This document shows, one piece after another, positions 1 to 11,083 of a DNA stretch of 64,000 bases. This DNA is from Spirochaetota bacterium (GTDB taxonomy: Bacteria > Spirochaetota > UBA6919 > CBDBPB01). The notes under the pieces were generated by a model, which was given only the letters and a program-made list of their open reading frames with translations, ran no database searches and was not told where the DNA came from. The stretch spans positions 320,001-384,000 of the forward strand of contig CBDBPB010000007.1 in NCBI GenBank assembly GCA_965208615.1. Direction: 5' to 3'. Both the position numbers and the translations under genes were made by a program. Numbering within the stretch: the first letter of the stretch is position 1; every line of letters starts with the position of its first letter.

Positions 1-61
1 ATAGCTTGTATATCTTGGACCAGGTTTATTATACTTTTTTAGAAAGTCTATATTAATATTA

Positions 62-1093
62 TTATTCATTTTTCATGCCTATTTGTTTAACGTAGTCGAC
101 TAAAAACTTAACGTTATCGAAGGGTATATCTGGTAATATGCCGTGTCCGAGGTTAAATATATATCCATCGAATGCACTCATGGAGTCTATTAGTTCTTTT
201 GTATATTTGGCTATAGTATTTTTATCGGCATATAATATATATGGATCAAGGTTACCCTGTAGAGCGGCTTTATCGCCAATGTTATTTTTTATATTACTTA
301 GTTTAGCGTTCCAGTCTATGCTAATGACGTCTGCATTAGTGTTTAGTAGTTCATTATAGAATATGCTACTACCTTTGGCAAACACTATTATGGGGATATT
401 TTGTCTATTTAGTTTAGATATTACTTTTTTAATATATTTTATAGAGTACTCTAGAAAGTGGTTATGGGGTAATAGTCCTGCCCATGTATCGAATATTTGT
501 ATTGCCTGTGCTCCAGCGGATATTTGTGCGTTTAGATATAATATAGTGGTATCAGTGATTTTATTTAGTAGTTGTTTAGCCAGTTCTGGTTTGCTGTATA
601 TTAATTGTTTAGTTAATTTTAGGTCTTTGCTTGTACCCCCTTCTACCATATAGCTCATTAGGGTGAATGGTGCGCCTGAGAAGCCTATTAGGGGTACTTT
701 ATTATTTAGTTCTTGTTTAACTAGTTTTATGCTATTTAGTACGAAAGAGAGTTTTTCTTCTGGATGAGGTATGATTAGTGAGTCTATATCTTTTTTAGTT
801 TTTATAGGTTTGCTAAACTTTGGACCTTCATCTGTGAAGTTTAGATTTAGTCCCATAGCCTCTATTGGTATTAATATATCAGAGAATAATATAGCGGCAT
901 CCACGTCTAATAGGTCTATTGGTAATAGTGTTACTTTACAGGCTTGTTCTGGATTCTTACATAGTTCTAAGAAAGAGTATTTTGCTCTAAGGGCTTGGTA
1001 TTCTTTCATATATCGTCCAGCTTGTCTCATTATCCAAATTGGTATTCTATTTACTTTTTTACCAAAGGCGGCTTTTATAAATATATGGTTCAC
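62..1093 (-). CDS. hemE: uroporphyrinogen decarboxylase
   Basis: PIWIMRQAGRY N-terminal motif, DAAILFSDIL, LIGFSGAPFTL, QGNLDP, IFNLGHGI. Confidence 0.97.
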   Translation of the reverse strand: MNHIFIKAAFGKKVNRIPIWIMRQAGRYMKEYQALRAKYSFLELCKNPEQACKVTLLPIDLLDVDAAILFSDILIPIEAMGLNLNFTDEGPKFSKPIKTKKDIDSLIIPHPEEKLSFVLNSIKLVKQELNNKVPLIGFSGAPFTLMSYMVEGGTSKDLKLTKQLIYSKPELAKQLLNKITDTTILYLNAQISAGAQAIQIFDTWAGLLPHNHFLEYSIKYIKKVISKLNRQNIPIIVFAKGSSIFYNELLNTNADVISIDWNAKLSNIKNNIGDKAALQGNLDPYILYADKNTIAKYTKELIDSMSAFDGYIFNLGHGILPDIPFDNVKFLVDYVKQIGMKNE

Positions 1094-1377
1094 GGTATTC
1101 TCTCTTTAATTGGTATTTGTTTGTGGAAACTATTTACATTAGAATATAATGGTAATTTTTGCTTATAATAAAACGTATTTGAAAGATAACAATTCATTAT
1201 AGGCAAGTCAAATTAGCAGAATATTATATTAATGTCAAAATATATTGTTGTGTAGGTGAGCTAAGGGGAGGTTTATGTTGTTATGGGTTTTAAAAAATGC
1301 TAAATTATGAATGTTGTTTATAATTTAAAATATTAAGATATGTTTGATAATGTCTATTGTGAATTAGGTGGGGATGT

Positions 1378-2568
1378 ATGGCTAACAAAAGGATATGGCT
1401 TATTACGGTTTTTATGGTTATTGTTATTATTGTTTATAGTGGGTGGTCTTATGATAGTGTTAGTTCAGAGGCTAATGTTGATGATGTTATAGGTATATAT
1501 AATGTTGTTAGCTTGGCTATAGATTTACCTAGTTTTTTTAGTTCTACTAATACTCTTAGAAAAAGGGATAGTTTAGAGCCTATAAACAATAGATTGACTT
1601 ATTATGCTAAAACTATAAATAGGTTATCTAGTGATGAGCTAATTAATAATGAGGATATTCCATCTTGGTTTATTACTTTATTTTTTTTGCATGATGAATT
1701 GGCTAATATATCTGTTCCAAAGGCCTTACTTGACTATCCATTATTACGTAAGGCGAGGGGGTTTATACCTAAGGAGTTGCGAAAAGATGAAAAACCTGTT
1801 AAGGAAAGTGATTATTATAAAGTCTTTTTGACTAAGGACTCTATTAACAAGGGTAAGGTGTTTATAAATAATAACTTATCTCTTTTAAATAAGATAGAAA
1901 AGCGTTATGAGGTTTTAAAGGAGTATTTGGTAGCCATTTTATTTATTGAGACTCGTCTTGGAAAGGTTACTGGTGATTATTCTGTTGTTGGAGTATATAA
2001 TTCTCTTTATCACATTGACAGAAAGGACTTTTTAAAGATATTTTATCATAGGTTAGCCAAGGATCATAAGTTTTTTGCTGTGGTATTGGCTGATTTCTTG
2101 GATAATACTTCTTATACGGTGGATGATAGGGCTAAATATTTTAACGTAAATAGTGATATTCACTCTTATAAAGATTTTGATATATATGCCTTATTTAATG
2201 AGCTAGATGATTATATTTATAGAAGGCAAAAGTGGGCGTATAAACAACTACGGAGTCTTATAATTATTAGTTATAAAGACTATATGGATGTTCATAGTTT
2301 AAGGGGTTCTTGGGCTGGAGCTTTTGGCATGTCTCAATTTTTACCTTCGAGTTATTTGGCTTGGGCCGCTGATTCAAATGAGGATGGCAAAATAGACCTT
2401 TATAACCTTGAGGATGCACTAGCTAGCACAGCAAATTATTTAAAGGGTCATAATTTTAATGTTAAGAGTAGTAAATTAATTAGCCAGGCTATATATAAAT
2501 ATAATCATTCAAATGTTTATGTAGATACGGTAGTTAGCTATGCTAGGAAGTTAAAAAGTGTTAGATAA
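1378..2568 (+). CDS. lytic murein transglycosylase (MltB/SLT_2 family) with N-terminal membrane anchor and insertion
   Basis: AILFIETRLG (catalytic Glu), GSWAGAFGMSQFLPSSY, DSNEDGKIDL, STANYLKGH, YKYNHS. Confidence 0.88.
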   Translation: MANKRIWLITVFMVIVIIVYSGWSYDSVSSEANVDDVIGIYNVVSLAIDLPSFFSSTNTLRKRDSLEPINNRLTYYAKTINRLSSDELINNEDIPSWFITLFFLHDELANISVPKALLDYPLLRKARGFIPKELRKDEKPVKESDYYKVFLTKDSINKGKVFINNNLSLLNKIEKRYEVLKEYLVAILFIETRLGKVTGDYSVVGVYNSLYHIDRKDFLKIFYHRLAKDHKFFAVVLADFLDNTSYTVDDRAKYFNVNSDIHSYKDFDIYALFNELDDYIYRRQKWAYKQLRSLIIISYKDYMDVHSLRGSWAGAFGMSQFLPSSYLAWAADSNEDGKIDLYNLEDALASTANYLKGHNFNVKSSKLISQAIYKYNHSNVYVDTVVSYARKLKSVR

Positions 2569-3430
2569 GTTAGTTAATAGGCGGGGTTTAATAGTTTATA
2601 TTATTTTTAGCATTGTATACGGTTATATTTTCATATTTAACTATGTTTTAACTTACGACTATACATTTACTAGGATAGAGTTTGACAATAATTATAGTTT
2701 ATTTTTGAAGTTATCTTTGATGGGGGGATTATTTTTATCTTTTCATGTACTATTTTTATTTAAGCCTGTGGGTCGTTTTTTGGGGATATTGTCATTAGTT
2801 TTTGTAATTTTCATCCATATTTATCAATTGTTTATTGCTTATTATGTTACGTTGGCTATTATTTTTATTATTATCGATTTATTCCTGATTTATATACTGA
2901 GTACACCTTTTATAGAGGGATATTTATTATCTAGTAGTTTTGTTAATTTAATATGGTCCAAAAAGGCACAGGGCATTTATAGTAAAAATAGCGAGGTTTA
3001 TCTTAACATATTGGTATACCTACTTATTATATTGGCTATTATTAATATTATTTTGGCTATTTTTTATAAAGTTATTTTTGTATTAGATAGTATAGTTATA
3101 TTAATATTTCCTTTGCTTTTATGTTTCACCTATCTTTCAATATCTTTATTTTTGTATAGTAGAGAGGCTAGAGTTATACCTTATAGCCTATACTTTTTTA
3201 TTTTTTTATTATTCTTAGTATTCTATAGATATTTCCTATTACCAGAGCCTTATTATAGGTTTTATAATTTGGAGTCTTTTATTAGAACTGCCTCTTTTAG
3301 TGTATTGATCTTTGCTGTTTTTGACATGTTATTTGTTATACTTAATTTTATAGTTGGCTTTTTGGGACTAATAATATTTTTAGCTAATAGAAGAGTTATT
3401 TCTTTATTCAAAAATGACGAGATTTATTAA
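2558..3430 (+). CDS. hypothetical multi-pass membrane protein
   Basis: 290-aa ORF with about 8 hydrophobic segments, overlaps the upstream stop. Confidence 0.7.
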   Translation: MLDKLVNRRGLIVYIIFSIVYGYIFIFNYVLTYDYTFTRIEFDNNYSLFLKLSLMGGLFLSFHVLFLFKPVGRFLGILSLVFVIFIHIYQLFIAYYVTLAIIFIIIDLFLIYILSTPFIEGYLLSSSFVNLIWSKKAQGIYSKNSEVYLNILVYLLIILAIINIILAIFYKVIFVLDSIVILIFPLLLCFTYLSISLFLYSREARVIPYSLYFFIFLLFLVFYRYFLLPEPYYRFYNLESFIRTASFSVLIFAVFDMLFVILNFIVGFLGLIIFLANRRVISLFKNDEIY

Positions 3431-3435
3431 ATAAT

Positions 3436-3464
3436 TTGACATTGTTAAATAAGTTGATTACTTT
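3436..3464 (+). promoter_or_regulatory. putative sigma70 promoter of the usp gene
   Basis: TTGACA-N17-TACTTT upstream of an AGGAGG RBS; AT-rich background weakens the call. Confidence 0.35.
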
Positions 3465-3501
3465 TTAATATAGGTATACGCTTAAAAAAAGGAGGCCTTT
3501 A

Positions 3502-3987
3502 ATGAGTACGTCAATTTCTCTTAATAACATTCTCTGCCCCATAGACTTCTCAGACTACTCATTGCATGCCTTAGACTATGCAATAGGTTTATCTGAACAG
3601 TATAAGTCAGTTATTCACGTTCTTCATGTTGTACCAGTTTTACCATTAAGCCATACTCCCTATCACTATCATGAAAATGCTAATCTTGTTGTTGAAAGTG
3701 CAGAGAAATGTGCTAAGGAAGAGTTGGATAAAGTATGCAAAGACAAAATACCAAAAGGAATATCATACAAAACTATTCTTCTTTTAGAAGAGGCTCCTGC
3801 AATAGCTATATCCACTTATGCAAAAGATAATGAGATTGATTTAATCGTTATTGCTACTCATGGTTATGGTGAAATAAAGCATTTTTTTCTTGGTAGTATA
3901 ACAGAAAGAGTTATACGAAAGGCTAATTGTCCTGTTTTAACTGTTAAGGACAAAGAACATGAATTTATTACTGTTATAAAAGATTAA
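3502..3987 (+). CDS. universal stress protein (UspA family)
   Basis: ILCPIDFSDYS, DLIVIATHG, LGSITERVIRKANCPVLTV; AGGAGG RBS. Confidence 0.95.
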   Translation: MSTSISLNNILCPIDFSDYSLHALDYAIGLSEQYKSVIHVLHVVPVLPLSHTPYHYHENANLVVESAEKCAKEELDKVCKDKIPKGISYKTILLLEEAPAIAISTYAKDNEIDLIVIATHGYGEIKHFFLGSITERVIRKANCPVLTVKDKEHEFITVIKD

Positions 3988-4132
3988 ATAAAATATAGTA
4001 ATTTTTAAGATAATTTATAAGAAATTAAAATAAAATACTATCATAGTATTTTATTTACAGGCAGGGGCGTTATAGCGGTGTATTATATTTTGTTAATAGT
4101 TTATATTTTAACTATGAATTAGGTTTTTTATT

Positions 4133-4972
4133 TTGGATATGATTATTTATAGAATAATTAGATTTTTGGGTTATTTTACTATATTTATAGTGTTTGGTAT
4201 TTTGTCTTGTAAAAGTACTTATGAGTTGACTTTTGACAAGTTAGACTCAACTTTAATAATGTATAGTAGGTATAGGGTTATTTCTAATAATTTGATTGCT
4301 TTTAAAAAGAAGGATCAAATATCTAAGGAGAAGACAGCAAGTATAGACAAGTATTATAAGGTTTTTTATAACCCTGATGGTGTTATAGCTGTAATAGAGA
4401 CTTATCATAATAATATTATAGTTAAGAGAAGATATTTAAATAGGCTATCCCTTTCTGTGAAGATTGAATTATTTAAAAAAGGGATAATGGATAAATATTA
4501 TATATTAGTTTATGAAAAGAGTTTTCTTGAAGATTTGGATAACCTTAGGAATGATAATAAAAATATTTTTGCCGAAAGATATCTAACGTATAACCTGGAT
4601 AGAGTAAAGAAATATGATAAACATTATAAGCTAAAATGGGTAAAGTGGTATGGCTATGGTAGCATAGAAGAAATGGATTATTATTTAAATGGTAAAAAAT
4701 ATAAAACTGAAACCTATGTTGCCGGAAAAGTAGACATGACAAGGCTTTTTAATGATAAAGGTAATGTTTTTTTAGAGAAGGGTACTTATGAAAATGGTAA
4801 ACATCCATTTAGTCTTAAGTATTTTTATAAAAAGGATATTCTTTTAAAAATTGAGGATTACAGAAAAGGTAGACTCTATGCTATATTTTATTATAATGAG
4901 AATAGAGTAAATATTAAAGAAGAGCGTTATAAGCTAGGAAAGCTTGTTAAGACTATTAAATATAATAATTGA
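4133..4972 (+). CDS. hypothetical lipoprotein with Tyr/Lys-rich MORN/YwqK-like beta repeats
   Basis: signal peptide with lipobox-like GILSC; repeated YxNGK/ExYxxGK motifs. Confidence 0.55.
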   Translation: MDMIIYRIIRFLGYFTIFIVFGILSCKSTYELTFDKLDSTLIMYSRYRVISNNLIAFKKKDQISKEKTASIDKYYKVFYNPDGVIAVIETYHNNIIVKRRYLNRLSLSVKIELFKKGIMDKYYILVYEKSFLEDLDNLRNDNKNIFAERYLTYNLDRVKKYDKHYKLKWVKWYGYGSIEEMDYYLNGKKYKTETYVAGKVDMTRLFNDKGNVFLEKGTYENGKHPFSLKYFYKKDILLKIEDYRKGRLYAIFYYNENRVNIKEERYKLGKLVKTIKYNN

Positions 4973-5094
4973 TTGTTAGTTAATATATATAATGTTTATA
5001 GCTCATTTTATTTTTGCTAAAAGACTATTTGTCTTTTGTATAAAGTGAGTATTGGTTTGCATAAGCAAATAATATAAATCTGGAGGAAGAACAA

Positions 5095-5697
5095 ATGAAA
5101 AATATTACGTTAGTATTAGCCATTGTTTTAGGCTCTATAACCTTTTTTTCATTGGATGGATTTTCTGTTCGTAGTGCAAAGGTAATATACAAAAAGGGGA
5201 AGGTAGAGGTTCAAAAGCGGAGTAGGGGAGCATGGAAGGTATTTAATCCTACTATGAGGCTTACTCAGCGTGATAGGATTAGAACTGGAGCTAATTCTAA
5301 GGTTGAGATTCGTTTAGATGATGGTTCTAGAATACAATTGCTAAGTAACTCTAGTGCTTATTTGAAAAAGTATTCTAAATCTAGATTAAGTAGACGATCT
5401 AATGTTATGTTGACAAAAGGCTCTATTTTCGCCAATGTGAAAAAGCTAAAACGAAGGGGATACTTTAGAATTTCCACTGTGACTGGGGTAGCGGGAGTAC
5501 GAGGAACAGAGTTTTATGTTAATATAGACAAAACTAATAAAATGGCTGTTGAGGTTTATGAAGGTAAAGTTAATGTTGGTTCAAAAAAGGGCAGGATTCT
5601 TGTGAAGAAAGGTTATGAAAGTGCCATTGAACCTAATATGGCTCCTAAAAAGCCAAAAGTGATTAAGGTTAAAAGAAAAATAGAGTGGAAACGATAA
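5095..5697 (+). CDS. FecR-domain secreted/periplasmic protein
   Basis: signal peptide; DRIRTGANSKVEIRLDDGS, AGVRGTEF, VEVYEGKVNV; GGAGG RBS. Confidence 0.85.
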   Translation: MKNITLVLAIVLGSITFFSLDGFSVRSAKVIYKKGKVEVQKRSRGAWKVFNPTMRLTQRDRIRTGANSKVEIRLDDGSRIQLLSNSSAYLKKYSKSRLSRRSNVMLTKGSIFANVKKLKRRGYFRISTVTGVAGVRGTEFYVNIDKTNKMAVEVYEGKVNVGSKKGRILVKKGYESAIEPNMAPKKPKVIKVKRKIEWKR

Positions 5698-5912
5698 CTT
5701 AGTTTTTATTAAATTGTGATATTTGTCTAAGATATAAGAAATTGTAACTTAAAGTAAGATATTCATAGTATACTAATTAGGTAATATTATAAACTCTAAG
5801 ATGTCCTAACAGATTAGTTTTTTTATAAAAGTAACTATTAGTTATTTTTATAACAGGTTTTATAGTTATTGCCTTAGGTGTACTATGTTATAATGTTCTG
5901 GGATAGGGGGAA

Positions 5913-6602
5913 ATGGAGCAGGGGATTGTTTTGAATGAATATTCTTTATTCGATTATCTTAAAAGTCAAAATATGCCGGTTTTAGAGACTAGTCTTCTTA
6001 GAAGGTTTTTTACGGATGCTAAGTCTTTTAGAGAGATAGATTTTAATGTAGTTCAAATGCATTTTATATTATATCATAATCTTTATAAGCTGGCTCATTC
6101 TTTAAGAGATAGTTATTACTTACTTTATATTAACTATATTTATATATATTTGTTAGAGAAGCCAAAGAATAACTATTGTCCTTATTTTTACGAGGGAACT
6201 CTAAGTTTTTGTTTTTCTAAAAAGGATAAAAGACAAAGATATTGTTCATACCACTTAGAAAAAGAAAAAAGTTTAAGGAAGAAGGGATGGTTGAGAGCAA
6301 AAGGTGTTGAGGAATACTATCTCGACTTTAGTAACTTTGATAATTTGGGTACAGAATACAAATCTATTAAGAATAAGGCAAAGAAAATAAAAAAGTATTC
6401 TCTTGTATATGGAGAGATAAAAAAAAGCTATAGTACTCTTGGAGTTAGGTATAGCGATTCTATTGACTTGATTAAGCTTCGTTATAAAAAGTTAGCTAAG
6501 GAATATCATCCTGATATTAATCAATGTAGTAAGGGCTATTACAAGTTTGTGGATATAACTAAGGCATACCACAATATTAAGGACTTTTTGGATAGCAGAT
6601 AA
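5913..6602 (+). CDS. DnaJ-related protein with C-terminal J domain
   Basis: C-terminal LGV...YKKLAKEYHPD...ITKAY; N-terminal HFILYHNLY resembles the DNAJ-related domain. Confidence 0.8.
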   Translation: MEQGIVLNEYSLFDYLKSQNMPVLETSLLRRFFTDAKSFREIDFNVVQMHFILYHNLYKLAHSLRDSYYLLYINYIYIYLLEKPKNNYCPYFYEGTLSFCFSKKDKRQRYCSYHLEKEKSLRKKGWLRAKGVEEYYLDFSNFDNLGTEYKSIKNKAKKIKKYSLVYGEIKKSYSTLGVRYSDSIDLIKLRYKKLAKEYHPDINQCSKGYYKFVDITKAYHNIKDFLDSR

Positions 6603-6605
6603 TCT

Positions 6606-8033
6606 TTATGGAGTTCTTAGAACTAGTAATTTAATTTCGGTCATATCCTCCATAGCGAATCTGACACCTTCTCTACCAATACCGCTATTTTTAACACCGC
6701 CATAGGGCATATGATCAACCCTCCATGATGGAGAATCACCTATTACAACGCCTCCTACGTCGAGTTTATCCCATGCTTTATGTGCTTTATATATATTTTT
6801 GGTGAATATACCGGCTTGTAGTCCGTATATACTATCGTTTATGGCATTTAGAGCCTCATCAAAGTCTGAGAACTTCGATAGTACAACAACTGGACCAAAG
6901 ACTTCTAGAGAACATATTTTTTCAGTTTTTGGTACATTTTCTAGTATAGTAGGTTCAATCATGGATTCATGTCTTTTACCGCCGCAAAGTACTTTAGCAC
7001 CTTTATTAACAGCACTATTAATCCAAGATTCGATTCTTTTGGCCTCTGACTCAGATATAATAGGCCCTATAAATGTGGATTCATCTTTTGGATCACCGAT
7101 TTTTAGTTTTTTGCTGGCACTAACAAGTTTATCCACAAACTCACTGTAAATATTTTCGTGTATAATAATTCGTTGTACGCTAATACAACTTTGTCCGGAC
7201 TGATAAAACGCACCAATTACAATTCTATTTATGGCATCATCTATATCGCTGTCTTCATCGACGATACAACCGGCATTCCCTCCTAATTCCAGGACTACTT
7301 TTTTCATACCGGCTTTTGCTTTTAGGTTCCACCCTACGTCTGGGGAGCCTGTAAAGCTTAATAATTTTAGGCGATTATCTGTGGTAAAAAGTTCTGCACC
7401 ATCTCTTGAGCAGGGTAATATAGAAAAGGCTCCATCAGGAAGGTCAGTTTCGGCTAGTATTTCACCTATGATTAGGGCTCCAATTGGCGTATTACTAGCA
7501 GGTTTTAGTATAAAAGGGTTACCTACAGCAATACACGGAGCAACTTTATGAGCAACTAGGTTTAATGGAAAGTTAAAAGGTGTTATAAAGGAGCATATAC
7601 CGATAGCAGTTCTTTTCCACATACCGCTGTAGTTGCAAGCTCTGGGAGTAATATCCATTGGTATAACTTCACCAGTCATTCTTACGGATTCTTCAGAGGC
7701 TATTCTAAAGGTATCAATTAGTCGGCTTACCTCTCCCCTACTATCTTTAATGGGTTTACCAGCCTCTATACAAAGGGACATTGCCAATTCTTCATATTTC
7801 TCAGTAAATCTTTTTACACAATGGTTTAGTATATCCTGTAGTTTATAAGCGGGCATATTTTTCATTATACTTTCTGCTTTAAGTGCTTTATTTATGGCTT
7901 CATCAATATGCTTTGGGTTAGCCAGAGATACTTTTGTCGCAAGTTTTTTTGTATACTTATCCTTAACCTCGAGATAGTTGTCTGACATAACTGGTTTATT
8001 ACCAAGATAAAATGGATAAATATTTTTTAACAT
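6606..8033 (-). CDS. NAD(P)-dependent aldehyde dehydrogenase
   Basis: ITPFNFPLNL, SFTGS, LELGGN, GQSCISVQR, EVFGP, MPYGGVKNSGIGREG. Confidence 0.95.
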   Translation of the reverse strand: MLKNIYPFYLGNKPVMSDNYLEVKDKYTKKLATKVSLANPKHIDEAINKALKAESIMKNMPAYKLQDILNHCVKRFTEKYEELAMSLCIEAGKPIKDSRGEVSRLIDTFRIASEESVRMTGEVIPMDITPRACNYSGMWKRTAIGICSFITPFNFPLNLVAHKVAPCIAVGNPFILKPASNTPIGALIIGEILAETDLPDGAFSILPCSRDGAELFTTDNRLKLLSFTGSPDVGWNLKAKAGMKKVVLELGGNAGCIVDEDSDIDDAINRIVIGAFYQSGQSCISVQRIIIHENIYSEFVDKLVSASKKLKIGDPKDESTFIGPIISESEAKRIESWINSAVNKGAKVLCGGKRHESMIEPTILENVPKTEKICSLEVFGPVVVLSKFSDFDEALNAINDSIYGLQAGIFTKNIYKAHKAWDKLDVGGVVIGDSPSWRVDHMPYGGVKNSGIGREGVRFAMEDMTEIKLLVLRTP

Positions 8034-8503
8034 ATTAGGCCTCTTTTTTGGGTTAGGGCATTTAGGATAAACATTACTACACTATATTTTTGTTTTATGG
8101 TATAAGTTTAACAATAGATATAAAAAGAAGCAACAATAAAAATATAAATTAGTTTACGTGAGTTGTGTTACCAAACACTCTAAGCTAGCTTTTATATCTA
8201 AAAGTGTCTTGGAATAATAAAAGCTGGAATAATTAGTAACACCTTTATAACAATAAAACTCTAAACTAATAATATAGTGTATAAAATAACTTAATTGTGT
8301 GTAAAAAAGTACACTAATCATAACAAAAATATAAAAAAAATTATTATTAGTAAATAGTGCATTATATCTTATAGTTAGATGTTTATATAATTGATAGCTT
8401 TATAAATAAAGTTAGATGCTAATCATATATGTTGGCATAGTATTTGAGTAGCTATATTGTATAGCTTTATAAAAAGTTAATCTTTATATATGAGAACAAT
8501 AAT

Positions 8504-8890
8504 ATGAAAAACTTAATTTTTATATTCGCCTTTATTATAGCAATAATATTGACTGACACTAGTCTAGCTTTATCAGTAAGCCAGAATGACCTCTATGGAG
8601 CCTGGAAGGTTAGTAGAATTACTAGAAAAAATAAGCCTATAACAAAAAAAGATCCACTATATTTATTTTTGGGCGTTAAAATGGAGTTTTATAAAAATAA
8701 TATGGCTAAATTAATCGCTGAAAAAGGCTCATCCATGAGAGGTAGGTGGAAGTATACAAAAGGAACTCTTATATTTTTCGGTATAAAACAAGGTAAGGGA
8801 CTTAAAGTTTATTTTCCAATTAGATCAAGAAAAATATTATTGGTTAGTTCTCTAAAGGATAAAGTAAATATTTATCTAAAAAAACAATAA
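8504..8890 (+). CDS. hypothetical secreted protein, possibly lipocalin-like
   Basis: signal peptide; LYGAWKV and GRWKY motifs. Confidence 0.5.
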   Translation: MKNLIFIFAFIIAIILTDTSLALSVSQNDLYGAWKVSRITRKNKPITKKDPLYLFLGVKMEFYKNNMAKLIAEKGSSMRGRWKYTKGTLIFFGIKQGKGLKVYFPIRSRKILLVSSLKDKVNIYLKKQ

Positions 8891-9064
8891 TTTATTATGA
8901 CTAAGTTTGTTAAGTGCATTTACTTTGTCAGTCATGAAGAATAAAAATTACCATTGTTTAGCAAGTATGCTTTATTGTTAATTTTTTATAAAAAGTATTT
9001 GCATTTGTTGATATTTACTATATATTTAGCTCATTAGAAAATTCATTTAAAGAGAGTATTTATA

Positions 9065-9361
9065 ATGACAAGAGCCGATATCGTAAATCAAATCAGTGAA
9101 GAAGTGGGCCATGCAAAAAAAGATATCGATTTTGTTGTCACTGCTTTGCTTAAAGGAGTATTTGATAGCATAGTAAAAGGTGAGACTGTCTATTTTAGAG
9201 GGTTTGGTACATTTGGCTCAAAGATTAGAAAACAAAGGGTAGCTCGTAATCTGAAGACTAATGAAAGGCTTATAGTGCCTGAACACTATGTTCCTTATTT
9301 TCAACCAGGGAAGGACCTCAAAAAAATTAAAGAAATAAGTAAAATGAATAATACTATATAA
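9065..9361 (+). CDS. HU/IHF family DNA-binding protein
   Basis: MTRADIV, GETVYFRGFGTF, RVARNLKT, VPYFQPGK. Confidence 0.93.
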   Translation: MTRADIVNQISEEVGHAKKDIDFVVTALLKGVFDSIVKGETVYFRGFGTFGSKIRKQRVARNLKTNERLIVPEHYVPYFQPGKDLKKIKEISKMNNTI

Positions 9362-9484
9362 CCCTTTAGTTCCTTTTCTAATAAGACTTATAATGCCTTA
9401 GCCCATTAGTATGTGGTTTTGCTATATTCTAACCGTATTGTTATAATTGATCCATAATTTATAAAAAAGTTAAAAGCTGTCTTT

Positions 9485-10254
9485 ATGAGGTGTTATTTGC
9501 CTTTATTAAAGGATATATTATCATTTACAAATGAATATTTAGATATTAAAAGTTTTAAAGATTATTGTCCTAACGGTCTTCAGGTAGAAGGAAGCAATAA
9601 TGTGGAATATATTTCTAGTGGTGTTAGTTCGTCTTTAGAGCTTTTTGAAAAGGCATCTTATTTAGGCTCTAATTTAGTTTTAACCCATCATGGTCTATTG
9701 TGGGGTAGTGTAGCACAGATAATTTCAGGTCCATTTAAAAAAAGAATAGAGTTTTTGTTGAAAAACGGCATATCTTTATTGGCTTACCATCTTCCGTTGG
9801 ACGCTCATAAAATAGTAGGGAATAACTCACTAATAGCAAGTTCCCTTGAGCTTAAGGATATAAAGCCTTTTGCTGAGTATTATGGTAATAATATTGGTTA
9901 TATAGGTAATTTGGATTATAGTATACCTTTTTATGTATTTTTAAAAAAGGTTAATAAGCTTTTTAATAGTGAGTCAATATATTATCCTTTGGAAAGTCAG
10001 AGGTTAAAAGAATTGGAATTGTTTCAGGGGGAGCGGCTGATCGTCTTAGTGATGCAGTTTATAATGGTTGCGACGTATTTATAACTGGTGAGGCTAAAGA
10101 GTCGACCATGTATTTAGCAAAAGAAGAACAAATTAATTTTATTGCCTCAGGGCATTATAATACAGAAAAGTTTGGAGTAAAGGCATTTGGTAGTATAATA
10201 GCTAAAGAATTTAATATTAGCCATAGTTTTATAGATATACCAAATCCCGTATAG
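9485..10254 (+). pseudogene. Nif3-like dinuclear metal centre protein, split by a 1-bp frameshift near 9988-9990
   Basis: N-half DYCPNGLQVEG, THHGLLW, AYHLPLDAH; C-half in another frame FGKSEVKRIGIVSGGA...FITGE...SGHYNTEKFGVKA...FIDIPNPV*, stop at 10254. Confidence 0.88.
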
Positions 10255-10258
10255 AGTT

Positions 10259-11083
10259 ATGATATTTTTATTAAAATTGATACCCAAAAGATTAATTAGT
10301 TTATTAGTCGGCATACTATCGGATATAGCATTGCCAAAATGGTTTTTGAAGGTATTTATTGATTTTTTTATCAAAAAGTATAATATAAACAAAAAAGAAA
10401 TGATATACCCTGTTTCTTACTATAAAACCTTTAATGACTTCTTTACAAGACCCATAAATTTAGACCTTAGACCCATTGATAAAGGGTTGAATAGTATTGT
10501 ATACCCTGTGGATAGCAGGATAATTGAGTTTGGCAGTATAAAAAAGGATAGGGCTATTCAGGCTAAGGGGATAGACTATTCTATTTTTTCTTTAATTAGT
10601 AATTATGATTATGCAAAGCTTTTTATAGACGGCTTTTTTATAACATTATATTTGAGTCCTAAAGATTATCATAGGATTCATAGCCCTTTGGATGGTGAGG
10701 TAAGTGCAGTGGAGTATAATAGGGGTATGCTTTATCCTGTTAATAGTTTGGGGCTTAAAATCCCTAGTTTATTTGCTATAAACGAGCGACTAACAACATT
10801 TTTAAAAACCGATTTTGGTTTATGTGCTATTATAAAGGTTGGAGCTTTGAATGTTGGGAGGATTAGTGTAAACTATGCTATCCCGGATTCGATTGTCAAA
10901 AAGCAGTCATTTTTTTGTACTATAAAAAATACCCTATACAAGAAGGGTGAAGAGTTTGCCAAGTTTGAAATGGGTTCTACTGTAGTACTATTATTTGAAA
11001 ATAATAGAATAGCTTTTGATGATAATATAAAAAAAGATGATGCTGTTAAGATTGGTAAAGCTTTTGCCTATGGCATAAGTTAG
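10259..11083 (+). CDS. psd: phosphatidylserine decarboxylase proenzyme
   Basis: FNDFFTR, QAKG, YLSPKDYHRIHSP, NER, VGALNVG, FEMGSTVV cleavage motif. Confidence 0.95.
   Translation: MIFLLKLIPKRLISLLVGILSDIALPKWFLKVFIDFFIKKYNINKKEMIYPVSYYKTFNDFFTRPINLDLRPIDKGLNSIVYPVDSRIIEFGSIKKDRAIQAKGIDYSIFSLISNYDYAKLFIDGFFITLYLSPKDYHRIHSPLDGEVSAVEYNRGMLYPVNSLGLKIPSLFAINERLTTFLKTDFGLCAIIKVGALNVGRISVNYAIPDSIVKKQSFFCTIKNTLYKKGEEFAKFEMGSTVVLLFENNRIAFDDNIKKDDAVKIGKAFAYGIS

Noticed and set aside
138-1109. plus-strand ORFs opposite hemE, and similar antisense ORFs opposite the ALDH, uvrA, gcvT, larB, trpD, gatA, feoB, aconitase and oppD genes
   Set aside because: Shadow frames of well-supported genes; no motifs or RBS
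8433-8447. sigma54 promoter TGGCAT-N5-TTGA upstream of the 8504 ORF
   Set aside because: The near-invariant -12 GC is GA
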